Shown here one piece after another: positions 12,470 to 24,521 of a DNA stretch of 64,000 nt. The stretch lies in assembly GCF_000143415.4 (NCBI RefSeq), contig NW_003314444.1:68106-132105 (forward strand). Direction: 5' to 3'. The DNA comes from Selaginella moellendorffii (Eukaryota > Plantae > Lycopodiophyta). Position 1 is the stretch's first letter, and each line of letters begins with the position of its first letter. The notes beneath the pieces are model-generated. The model was not told where the DNA came from and made no database searches. It saw only the letters and a list, made by a program, of their open reading frames with translations. The translations under genes were made by a program, and so were the position numbers.

Positions 12470-13140
12470 TGTAGTGTATGTGATCATGGGATGAGATTTG
12501 GATATATTGTCACCGTAGATCCTTAGAGCTTTGGGGGATAAATGGGGATAAAATAGCCACTAAAGGTTGTCTCATCAAGCAATTGCCCCTTTTCTAGTTA
12601 GCTTAAGGGGAGAGAAATAAGATGTGCTACAGTTGATATCGAAGCAAATGGCATGGGTTTGATTCCCATTGATTAGTGGCTATTTAAAAATATAATATAC
12701 CCTTGAGCAAAATATATTCCTACCCCTAAATTTAAAATCGTATATATTAGGCATCCATGTGTACGTCCTTCCTCTTGTGTGGAGTATCCACGGACGAAGG
12801 TATCCATCGTGGGACTGTGGTACGGGTGGATGACTAGTTGCTTCACATGGAATAACTGATCTACACAATAGAAGGATTGGTACATTCAGTGCGGAAATGG
12901 AGGTGTTGATTCCCCTTGGCTCAGTAGGGGTTGTTAGTCAATAGTCAATGAGGACATTGACATCTCTAAAGAGGGGGTGAGTGTAACGCATGTGATCATG
13001 GGATGAAATTTGGATATGCTGTCACTGTAGATCCTTGGAACCTTGGGGGATAAATGGGGATAAAATAGTCACTAAAGGCTTTCTCATCAAGCAATTGCCC
13101 CTTTTCCAGTTGGCTTAAGGGGAGAGAGATAAAGTGTGCT
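12470..13140 (+). mobile_element. TRIM (miniature LTR retrotransposon), ~670 bp
   Basis: Direct repeats 12470-12631 and 12982-13140 (TGTA..GTGCT[ACA]), a degenerate PBS (ttgatatcgaagc) after the first, and a PPT (gagggggtgag) before the second. Non-coding interior; TSD not seen. Confidence 0.85.
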
Positions 13141-13164
13141 TAAGTCATGTGTCATGCAATGCCT

Positions 13165-13600
13165 CTCAAGCGAGGCTATAGATTCACATATGTGAACTTT
13201 CTTCTGGCATGCACACATCATGTGGCTTTGAGCTACGGTCTATGGAGCCATTGGCAGCTCAGCATGAACACAATGAAGGGCATTATGGATCCCAAGGACT
13301 GCTTCAGTTGCAAGAAAATCCTTGGAGGAAACTCTACCAGATAATATAACTAAGGATTGAGTAGTCTTGAAATTTTGTGTTTTGTAGTCTTGCTCTAGCC
13401 TTGGAGACTCACACTTTGACTTGCTAGTGGACAGTTTTGCCAGAGGTGACAGCATAGGTAGTGCAACAAAACTGGTCTGCAATTTTGAGCTACATGCCTA
13501 GCATTTCCCGTTGCATGGCTGGTGCAGAAGACATTGCGTCATCTATCCAAGGAGGACAATGCCTTACCCCTACAGTGTTAGACTAAGAGCCTGGGAAAGA
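13165..13600 (+). pseudogene. PLS-class PPR gene remnant
   Basis: FTYVNFLLACTH and HFDLLVDSFARGDSIGSATKL resemble the PPR consensus segments TFxxLLSACSH and HYxCMVDLLGRAGxLxEAxxL; frameshifted. Confidence 0.5.
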
Positions 13601-13898
13601 CTTGCACAGGAGTAAGGTCCAAATATATAAGATGAATAAATAATTTGCTGAGAATTATGTAAGAAAGTTATGGCAAACACAAATATATAAAATGAAATAA
13701 ATAATTTGCTGCACATTGCATGCACCAACACTTGGTTTGCTTAATACTAGTATCATTTATGTTTAGTATTATTTATTAATCCAATTGTTCAAATGGAAGT
13801 TTATCATTATAGGCATATTTATAATTTATAAACACAAAAATAATCTGGATGAATAATAGCTATTAGACAGTAAAACATCCTAAATACCCAAGCATATC

Positions 13899-14078
13899 AT
13901 GTGACATCCCTAACTCCACAAGGAACTTTAGGTGACTTCCATGTCTTTTATCATAAATAAACACCCTTTAAAGGTCCTTTATGGTAGACCTAGAAATGAT
14001 ATACTATAATAAGAAATCAAGAAAGATGAAGTAAAATATCAACTTTTCCTTTACCATCTACTTATTAAGTTGTCTTGA
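13899..14078 (+). repeat. Left arm of a ~190-bp inverted repeat (continues at 29413-29420 after the LTR nest)
   Basis: Reverse complement of 30552-30740, with scattered mismatches. Confidence 0.9.
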
Positions 14079-15172
14079 TGTCGCAAATGTGACTTCGGGT
14101 ATCGAAAAATACTTGTCGGCCAGTCTTTACAGATCTTTCTTTACTGCCATGATGGCAGAAGGTCAATACAGTTGGTTCCCTTTATTGTTCCCACTTGATC
14201 TAGTTGAGAAACTGGTCAATGACCATGTACTTAAATCGAATAAATATAAGGTAGGAACCCTATGTGTTTCTTGCTGAGCATACTTTGCCTGGTTTGAGAA
14301 ACTCCTGTCATTAACTTGCACTTGCTAGTATCAAGAACCCCCACATATTGAGACTAATCCCTCAATATCGCTGAATGATAACTTACCGTGTTTGCCAAAC
14401 ACCCTTGCTATTATGCTCTTAGTGTTAGTCTCATTTTTGTCCCAAATGCTAATTATGCAAAGTGTCTAGATTTGCTCATTTGGCATATCTACGGAATGTA
14501 GAGATTGGTCTAAACACAATGGTGTTTGTCCCGTGTCCAAATTCTGAATCTAGTGCCATTCCATATTTAGTAAGTTTCGAGCTTGTCCCAGAGACTAACT
14601 CCTGATACTAAGGGAGGCTTGGGGTGAAAGCCCAAAGCATGTGTTCCTCAAAGGGGGGGGGGTTCCAAATGTATAGTAGAGATAGTGGTTAGAATGCATG
14701 TCCGACCATTTGAGACATTAGTTTAGCTCCCGCTAAGCTATGTCGCTCCTTGTTCTATGTCCAGCTTGGGTCTAAGCCCAAGCTCCACGCTGCTCTAGTC
14801 GGTGGGGTACCTTCCTCCTCTCGTTAGGCCACCAGTATGCCAAAATTGTGCTAGACTTCATCTGACACCATTTTGCATGCAAGTGCTAGATACGGGGAGC
14901 TAGTTCTCGTGGGATTGTACTGGACCCTCGTTTCATAGTGCAACAGGCTTGGAGTTCAGCTCCAAATTGAGGTGCACTACATTTGGTATCAGAGAAATTG
15001 TCTCAGCAATTCCTATCCAACTTTTGTCGGATTTTCTAACTCAAGTTGCATACACAGAGACTTTTCTAGTAGATCCGAAGTGACCTGTGTAGGATTAGTT
15101 GGATTGCACCATTCGGTTAGAACGTTGTATGCTTGTTAAGTTACTGATAGATGCATATATGCAGTTAATAGA

Positions 15173-17492
15173 ATGGTGAAGAGGAACTGTGCTGATGACG
15201 CTAAAACCTCTAGTCGAGAAAATCGAGAGGAGGAAACTCCTACTAGAGGTGCTGTGGAAGAGGCTAAGGTTGAGTTAAAAGAGGAAGAGCCAGATGCTAC
15301 GGCATTGCAGCATACGGCTCAAGAAGTCGAGATTGAGAATTTGCGAAAGGAGATTCGCAAATTGAAGAAGGAGAACAAGAAGGACGACTGGGTCTATGAT
15401 ATGGAAAACTATTTCATAGCAGCAAAGGTAGATGATCGTACGAAAGTTGCATACGTGCAATCCTTTCTCACCGATCATGCCAAAACTTGGTGGCACTAGG
15501 TGTGTGCTGAAAAAGGGCAGACTAGAAGTTGGACCAAGATGCGGTCTCGTATCCGTAAGGAATACCTGCTGGATGATCTTGGTCTGAGACTTTGTGCGGA
15601 GCTGCAGTAGTTAAAGCAGCGAGGGGATCTCATGCATTACGTTAATGCGTTTGCTCAGAAGTGCATTATGATTGCAAATATGAGTGACAAAGATGTTCGG
15701 AGTTATTTCCTGAAGGGTTTAAGTTCACTTTCTCGTAATGAGATTTTGAAGTTTAAGCCGAAGACGTATCTGGAGTGTGAGGAAGCAGCACAGCAAGTTG
15801 CATTTAGTCACTCACTCATGGAACAATATTAGCAATCGTATGTTAGTAATTCGGATAAGAATAAAAATTCTTTAAATAAACAAGGTGATTGGAAATTGAG
15901 GGTGGAAGGCAGGTTCCGCCCTGGAGGCTCACAAGCTATGGTTAACAAAGGTGGTGGTGGTTGGAGACCACCAGCAGCTTCTTTTGGTCCTAGGCCTTCT
16001 GTTCCTCCTCCTGGTAGATACAAGCAGTAGCAACTTACAAAACCTACTCCTAGCGGAATGGGTAGTGTGGGTCATTGCTTCCATTGTGGAGAGTTAGGAC
16101 ATAGGTCCTCAGAATGCCCCAACAAGCATAAGACAAGGTCTCGGGTTAATGTCATGAGGGAAGACGGTGGTGGCGAAGCTGAAGGGGTTGACAAGTTGGT
16201 CAATGCAAATTATGAAGAAGAGGAGGTGAGTTACTTTCGTTGCTTTCCTCAAGCTTTTCTCGCAGTCAATGCAAACACTGATCCGTTGATATATTTGGTA
16301 GGCTTTGTCCGTAGACACTGAATCCAAGTGATGATTGACACAGGAGCTACTCACAGTGTGATATCCGAAGACTTAGTTAAGTTGTTAGGATTGAATGTTG
16401 AGCAAATGTCGCCTATGCACTTCTGGTTTGCAGAAGGTGGGCAAGTAGCTAGAAAGTTTGTGAGTGATGTTCCAATAAAAATATCCAAGTGGAAAGAAAG
16501 AGTGGACTTGGTAATGTTGAAGATACCAGATTTTTAGATGGTGTTTGGTATGGACTTCTTCAACAAATATATAAAAGGGATTTATGGTGCTGGATAAAGT
16601 CGTATCATATTGAAGTGATATTGAAAAAGACGTCCTGATGTGTCCTTTCAGTTGCAAAAGTGCTCCTCAAAGGATTGGGATGCTAAGTTCCTAACTACAA
16701 GGGCTGCTCAAAAAGCAGGTAAGAAGGGATCTTGGACCTTTTGGGTTCAGATGATGGAAGCTAAGGGTATTGGTGACTTAGTTTGTAGCGGCGATAGAGT
16801 TGATCCTGTACCAAAGAAGATATTGGAGTTGTTGGCGAGGAATCAGGATATCTTTCCGAAGGATTTACCGCCAGGGCTACCTCCTAGCTATGAGGTTAAT
16901 CATTGGATTGAGGTTATTCTAGGTTCTAAACCACCTACAAATGCTTTGTATCGTCTGAACATCAAGGAGATGGCTAAACTCAAGAAGCAACTCACGGAGC
17001 TTCTTGACAAATGTCATATCCGACCAAGCAAGTCACCTTATGGAGCGCCAGTTCTTTTTGTTATGAAAAAGGATGGAACTATAAGGATGTGTATTGACTA
17101 TCGGGCACTCAACAAGATCACAGTTAAAAACAGTTATCCTTTGCTTCGCATTGATGACTTGTTTGACCAACTCTTAAAGGCTAAGTATTTTAGACGACTT
17201 GATTTGCGGTCCAGGTATCATCAGATATAGGTGGCGGATCAGGATGTGGAAAAGACAGCCTTCAAGACTCGATATGGATCTTATGAGTTCCTTGTCATGC
17301 CGTTTGGGTTATGCAATGCTCCAACAACGTTCAGCACTATGATGGATAGAATATTCGGAGATTATTTGGACACATTTGTTGTCCTATATATCGACGAAGT
17401 TCTAGTCTTCAGCAAAATGTTGGAGGATATTTTGAAACACTTAGAGCTAGTGTTTCACAAGTTGCGGGAACACAAACTGTATGCTAAGGAAA
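15173..17492 (+). pseudogene. gag-protease-RT of element A, with stops and frameshifts, truncated by an insertion at 17493
   Basis: Zinc knuckle CFHCGELGHRSSEC, protease IDTGAT, RT motifs [31 protein letters not shown] and YIDE. Confidence 0.92.
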
Positions 17493-20400
17493 TGTCGCGA
17501 ATGTGACTTCGGGTATCAAAAGTTACCTGTCGGCCAGTCCTTACGAACACTCTTACCTTACTGCCACGATGGCAGGAGGTCAGTATTGCTAGACACTTTA
17601 TTAGTCCCTCTTATGCTAGTGGAGTTAACTGGGCATTTCGAGTGTACTTCGACCAGACGAGCATAAGGATGGAATTCCTACATGTTATTAGCTAAACATA
17701 CTTAGCCCGGTAAGGAGTTCCCATCTCATTTTGTCTTGCACTTGCTAGTGACAAGAACCCTTGCGTATTGAGATTGGTCCCTCAATATTACTGGATGATA
17801 GTTTACCGTGTCTGCCAAACACCCTCACTATCATGCCCTTTGTGTTAGTCTCATTTCGGTCCCAAATGCTATTTATGGAAAATGTCCAGATTTGCTCATT
17901 TGGCATATCTACGGAATGTAGAGATTGGCTTGAACACAATGGTGTTCGTCTCGTGTCTAAATTCACAATCTAGGGACATTCCATATTTAGTAAGTTTCGA
18001 GCTTGTCCCAAAGACTAACTCCTAATACTAAGGGAGGCTTGGGGTGAAAGCCCAAAGCGTGTGTTCCTCGGGGGCGGGGGGGGGGCGCTGCGGGGGAGAG
18101 GGGGGGGGGGGGCTGCGGGGGAGAGGGGGCTGCGGGAGAGGGGGGGGAGCTGCGGGGGGTTCCAAATGTATAGTAGGGATAGTGGGTAGATCGGGTATGG
18201 CTGACTAACCTGAGGCATAGTCTAGCTCCCGCTTGCGTGCCTGTCCTTGTTCTGCGTCTGGCTTGGGTCTAAGCCCAAGTTCCATTCCATGCTAGCTGGT
18301 GGAGTACCCATATCCTCACATTAAGCCACTGGTATGCCGAAATAGCGTCAGACTTCATTTGGCTTCGTTTTGCGTGTTGGTCCTGGTATTAAGATGCTGG
18401 TTGCTCCAGGACTGTTCCAAGTCGCTCCGGGCTCCTATCCCTTTGCTCCTTGGGCTGTATGCTCGGGAGTTGCTCCGTGGTTCGGTTCTGTCACTCCTTG
18501 GCTCCAAGCTTGGGAGTTTGGCACCGTTCCTTTGTTCAGTGGCCCAAGGCCCTGAAACTCGGGTTCCACACCACTGTCCTTTGGACACATGGCATGTGAC
18601 ACGTGGCATCTGTCACGTGGCACAAAGAGGGTTTAGGTTCTGCTTCGTGGTGTTATCCTATGGTAAATCACTATAGGATAAAGGGTAAAAACCACATGTG
18701 CTACATTTGGTATCAGAGGATGAGTCTCAGCGAGTACTATTCAATGAGATTGGGCAACTAGTCTTGTTGCATACACAGAGATGAAAACGATGATCTGAGT
18801 GGGTACACATTTGGGTGCAAAGGCTTTGCATTTGTTTCTTGGATAGGGATTAGTCTATTGATTCAGTAGTCATTGCTATGCTCTCTCATAAACTTTTCTT
18901 GGATTGGACTAAAGGCAGTGCGAAAGCCAACTTGAGGTTAAGTCAAAGTTAAGACTGAAAAGAGAGTTGTCAGGGACGAAGGATCAAACACGTTAATCAT
19001 TTTCTCTTTTTAAGGATATGATTTGCAACGAGGTGTTAACTCATTTATGTAACTCATTTACATTATGTAATCAAGAGTCCCTACCTTGATGCATATTGGA
19101 AATGATGGTCTTATAAATGGTGAGTTATGGGATGGATAGCAGTGAAGTATACCATTTTGTCTAAGCTTGCTATTGGAAGACTTGGGTTGCAATGCTCAAT
19201 TCTTTTCTGGGGAATCTTACTATTGCTTTTTGAGTAGCTTGGTGTTGGATTAGTGTTGAGTTTGGTCGAAAAGAGAGTGACATGAGTTTGTCTGTGTTGT
19301 GAACAAAAGTTAGTGGTGTTGGGTGTTGTAAATCTCTATCGGTGAAGTGTGGCATTTATGTTGCATTTTGTCAAATCGAGTTAGCACTTGATATTCACAT
19401 AAACATTTAAAGTAATGACATGGGCATTGCTGGTAGTGTTGCTTAATGGATGATCAAGATATTGTGATTCTTATATCATGTCTATGTGATAATGAGTAAT
19501 GTGTTTACAAAGTTGCTTGGGTAAACGATGATCAACCCCAAAGTGGTTGATGGAGAAGCTAATCTACTTGCAAGTAGTAGCATTATAGTAGCTTTGACTG
19601 GATTCTCGATGGTGGTTCATTATGCTAAGCTTAAGTTGGTACCTTGTTTCCTTGAGTTTGCTCATAAGGTGTTAGAAAAGAGTTGTAACATTCATTTGCT
19701 ATAGCTCGTTAGTTGATCTGTTAGCACTTGGAGTAAATTGTTGCATTGACATCACTAGCACTTGTGCTAGTGGAGATGACATTGTTATGTTGAGTGATGA
19801 GGAGTTTTTCCTTAAACTTGATTTTTTATGTCATTTTTCTTGTTAGTGTTTTGGCTTCACATTGGATCTTAAAGGTGGTTGAAGAAGAGTGTTAGTGCAA
19901 TGTGGATATCCGAAGATGTGGTCTTCGTGATCAAGCTTTAGATGTTCATTTTGCGCTTTACGGATGTCTGTGTTGGATATTGGTTAGATGGGCAAGGATG
20001 TTCGATGCTTTAGCATATTTATGGATCTTGAGAATTTGTGTTGAGGTAAACCTATGTGAAGTTATTAGTAAGAGGAAGTTGGTTGAGTCTTGAAAGTTTG
20101 CATTCCTAAACTGAGAGTCATTCTTTCTCTAGGATGGAAAATTTCCGCAAATTTTCCTAGGCTTTTCTAATGGCTGATCTGTTGATCACTTTGCCGAAAA
20201 CCATTCCATTTTCGTAAGCCAATACAAACTAGTGAAGGGGTTGGAGTTGACTTTGGTTGGCTTAGACTTTAGTAAGTAGTTTGTATGATGCAGCCCGAAA
20301 GGGATGCTAACTTTTGGGGCTAAGGCAATTGAGTTGGATAGAGTCTAGAGTTGGATAGGAAAGTGGCCGTTGCACTTTTCTAAGAAAAGTGACCCTTGTG

Positions 20401-23400
20401 CCTTTCTTCTATAACGTTGTGCTTGGTGGTAGTTTACACCTTGCATTTCGTTAGACTCTATGAGAGTAGTGAGCTCTCACTAATCTTGATTTGGTCTTGG
20501 TGGTCCTGCACCTTGGCTAAGGATGGTGATGTCCAACTTAGTTGTTTGAGGTTGAGATGTTGGTACTCATATTATAGCTTTGTCTATGAGGAGGTTGTGT
20601 ACCGATATGAGTCCATCTCGTGGTCTTCACTTTAGTTTCATCTAAGTGTTGATTATGCATAGCTAGCCTCTTCAAGGCATACTCAGAGCTATTGGCTAGA
20701 CGTGTTGGTAAGCTTATTGTGGTTGAGTTGGATTCGAGTAGTCATTTAGTTCATATCTGTCCATGAACCTTTATCTTGTGCTTGAGGTATTACGTTTATG
20801 TTGGACAAGTATATGACTTGATGATATGAGTTTAGTGTTAGGTCTTGTGAAGGCAAGTTGAGGAATGATTGTTAGTTGCTTTACAACTAATGATTGCTTG
20901 TAGACTTTGTCGAGGACTGTTTGACACTTGCTTTACTCGATGATGATTTAGCAGTGATGGGCTTGCATTATCGATAGTGTTGCGGAGGATCATGTTGTTA
21001 GACTTACATGGGTTTTCCATGTTGGCATATCGATTCTACCTCTGTCGATATCATTTGGTGACGTTTAGTCTATGGTATTGGATTTTATTGAATCTTGGAT
21101 GTGGTGATTCATTCCTTAATGATGTGTTATCTGTAACTGGGTTTTGCTAAGGGATTAGTCTCGGATACTGAGTAAAATATCTTTGACTTTGGTTAGCTAA
21201 GTTGCTAGAGAGTTTTGGGTGGTGATTCACTCGTGTTTTCTTCTAGCTTTGTTATGGTGTTGATGGCATTGAAGTGATGCCTTGTCGTTGACATTGTTGA
21301 TGTTGAAATTTGAGTGAAATGAAATGTCTCTCCAAAGATTGATATTAAGTTTCATTAGTCTTGATGAAGATAACGTTAATGATTTGGCTTTAGCTTTGTG
21401 TTATTGGCATTCATGCATTTGCTAGTTAGCAACTGTATTGACGTTCAAATGAACTGAGTGGCAACTTTGAGTTAGTTGTGTTCTAGATGAAATTATTTAG
21501 TAGAAGGTTGAGCTTTAGCTTTTCCTTGAAAAGTGATTTAGTCATGAACTATATTAGCTTTACAAGTAGAAGAGTTAGTGATCAATATTAAAATGTTGAA
21601 TCTTTATTGGATTTGATTTGGAATATATTGATCATTGATGATTCTTATTGTGCTTGTTATGAAGTGAGTTACGTCTTGCTATAGATGGATTCATGGAGGA
21701 TTGTTTAGTGATCACTTGTTGAGTATAATTTCATTGTGCTTAGTTTTTGGATTGATGCAGATATGCTCTTCATTAGCTTTGGCATTATAAAGTTTAGCTT
21801 ATGGATGTGTTGAGGGGGATATTATGGGTTGTACCATGATTTCTCTTTAACATTGAAGTTAGTTTCAGTGAAACTCGTGATCATTTGTTAGGCAAGACTT
21901 AGCTATGGGCTTTTTAAAACTTTTGGTTCTTTGAGTTTATCATGCTCATTGTTCCATTCGTTAGAAGTTGTTGGGGAAGGCATTTTAGCTCATTATCTTC
22001 AATGTTGAAGTTGGTTTTTGCATTTAGCAATCATTGATGATGATTGACTATCATCTAAGATAATTGATTATCCTTGTTAGCGGTTTTACTTGATTATTGT
22101 TGATCTAGAATGATTTGCCATTCTTCGGGATGGTGGATTCTTTGTTCGATGATGATTCTGCATCTTTTTATTGATGGGATGATTGATGATCTTTCATGAT
22201 GGTTAGTTGTTCTTTACGAAGGCTTATTGCTTTTTTGCAATACCATATGTTCTTTGTGGTTTGCTCTGGATTGGTCTTTTGGGTTTGAGACATCAGTAGG
22301 ACGTTGCTGACACTTGTTTAGGCAACTTGAGTTCCTTGGTATTGTTAATTGGGATCTATTTAGATTTGCTGGTGCAATGGTTGGTATGACTAAGTGTTTA
22401 TTGGTCTTACCACATTTATTATGTTCTATTGATCGTTGCTCAAGTTAGTTCTGATAGATTTGGATGTTATTTCCTTTGGGTGATACATTTGCGAGCATTG
22501 TGTTTGTCAATCAATGATACTTTGTGTTCTTTGAGTTATCTTTGGTAAATTGTTTAGCATACTATCTACAATCTTGGGTAGTTATGTTTTCTCATTGAGT
22601 TTACTTGATGATATATTTGCTATTGAATTTTGTTGGATAATACATCCTATGTTTTCCAATCCTTCTGATCTTGGTGGTTTCTATCCTATCATACTAGTTT
22701 ATCGGATAATAACTTACTTGGAATACTTTTGTGTTCTACTCTAAGCTTTATTCACTGATAATTAAATCTCTACGATATCATTGTCTATGACTTTGATATT
22801 GTCCATCTATTGATCTTTGAGTTTGGGCCAGTATAGGCAGACTGGCTTCGGCACTTTGTGTGTATGGTGAAATCTCTAGTCATGGGGTAGCTACTATCAC
22901 TGGTCACATAACCCGCCTCTCTGTCAATGTTCCTTATTCCGTTAAAAAGGGCGTGACCGTGTAAACAACTCTAACTGCTTGTTTACAGTAGTCTATCTAA
23001 ACCTTACCAACAGGTTTAGTTTCTTTGCTCAGGAGGGTTAGGGCCTCTGGCTTCTCTCTTTATGTTCTTGTGGGCAGGGGCATATCACACTTTTGTAAGC
23101 TGGATGACTCCCAAAGCAGCAAGGGTGGCTAACTCTGTTGGTCATTTCCTTGTCAATGATAGCCGGAAGGTGTCTAATTGGGTAGCGCATCCGCATTAGA
23201 CAAAGAGGTTGCCTCATAACTCATTTAAGTTGGTCCATTTCTCGTATAGTGTGAATACCATGAACTTTTCTGGAGTTGTTTCCTTGATGGTATTCTAGAC
23301 TCGAGTATGCATCGACAAGGATGTCGATTTTCCCTAGGGGGGGAGAGTGTCGCGAATATGACTTCGGTTATCGAAAGTTACCTGTCAGCCAGTCCTTACG

Positions 23401-23540
23401 GACACTCTTACCTTACTGCTATGATGGCAGGAGGTCGGTATTGCTGGACCCTTTATTAGTCCCTCTTGTGCTAGTGGAGTTAATTGGGCATTTCGAGTGT
23501 ACTTAGACCGGACGAGCATAAGGATGGAATTCCTATGTTA
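17493..23540 (+). mobile_element. Non-coding LTR element B (LARD-like) with LTRs related to element A
   Basis: 5' LTR 17493-18705, PBS ttggtatcagag, 4.6-kb G/T-rich interior without retroelement ORFs, PPT ending at 23347, and a 3' LTR from 23348 truncated at ~23540. Confidence 0.82.
18070..18159 (+). repeat. Expanded G-rich minisatellite (~GGGGCTGCGGGGGAGAG x4) in LTR B
   Basis: Direct reading. Homologous LTRs at 14653, 24476 and 29066 have only a G-run or a single unit. Confidence 0.85.
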
Positions 23541-24521
23541 ATTTGCTTGTTTATAATAGTTGTCTAAATCTTCCCGACGGGGTTGATTTCTTGCTCAGGG
23601 GACGTTGGGCCTCTGGCCTTCTCCCTATGTCCCTGCGGGCAGGGATGTATCATTCCTTTGTAAGCCGAGTGGTACTTGGAGTAGTAAGGGTGGCTAACTC
23701 TATTAGTCATTTTCCTTGTCGGCGACGGCCGGAGGGTGTCTAAGTCTTAACATCTTTGGATGTAAAGGAGAGGTCGTTCTATAACTCATTTAAGTCGGTG
23801 CATTTCGCACATAGTGTGCTTTCTTTTAACTTTTGAGGTTGTTTCCTTGACGGTTTGCTAGACTCGGGTACGCATTGACGAGGATGTCGATCTTCCCCAA
23901 GGGGGGGAGAGTGTCGCGAATGTGACTTCGGGTATCGAAAGAGACTTGTCGGCCAATCCTTACGGACACTCTTTCTTTACTGCCATGATGGCAGAAGGTC
24001 AGTACAGTTGGTTCCCTTTATTGTTCCCACTTGAGCTAGTTGAGAAACTGGTCAATGACTGTGTACTTAAATTGGATAAACATAAGGTAGGAACGCTAAG
24101 TGTTTCTTGCTGAGCATACTCAGCCTGGTTTGAGAAACTCCTGTCATTTGCTTGCACTTGCTAGTATCAAGAACCCCCATATATTGAGATTAATCCCTCA
24201 ATGTCGCTGAATAATAGCTTACCGTGTGTGCCAAACACCCTTGCTATCATGCTCTTAGTGTTAGTCTCATTTCGGTCCCAAATGCTAATTATGGAAAGTG
24301 TCTAGATTTGCTCATTTGGCATATCTATGGAATGTGGAGATTGGCCTGAACACAATGGTGTTCGTCCCATGTCAAAATTCTAAATCTAGTGCCATTTCAT
24401 ATTTAGTAAGTTTTGAGACTAACTCCTGATACTAAGGGAGGCTTGGGGTGAAATCCCAAAGCGTATATTCCTCAAGGGAGGGGGGGGGCGCTGTGGGGGG
24501 TTCCAAATGTATAGTAGGGAT
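23541..24521 (+). mobile_element. 3' internal region + PPT + A-type LTR (piece C), interrupted at 24521
   Basis: 23541-23911 repeats 22975-23347 with divergence. PPT gggggggagag. The LTR starting at 23912 matches 14079 onward. Confidence 0.82.

Noticed and set aside
14089-14277. Recurrent short ORFs in LTRs (also 17481, 23321, 23922)
   Set aside because: They recur only because the LTRs are repeats; non-ATG starts and no protein motifs.
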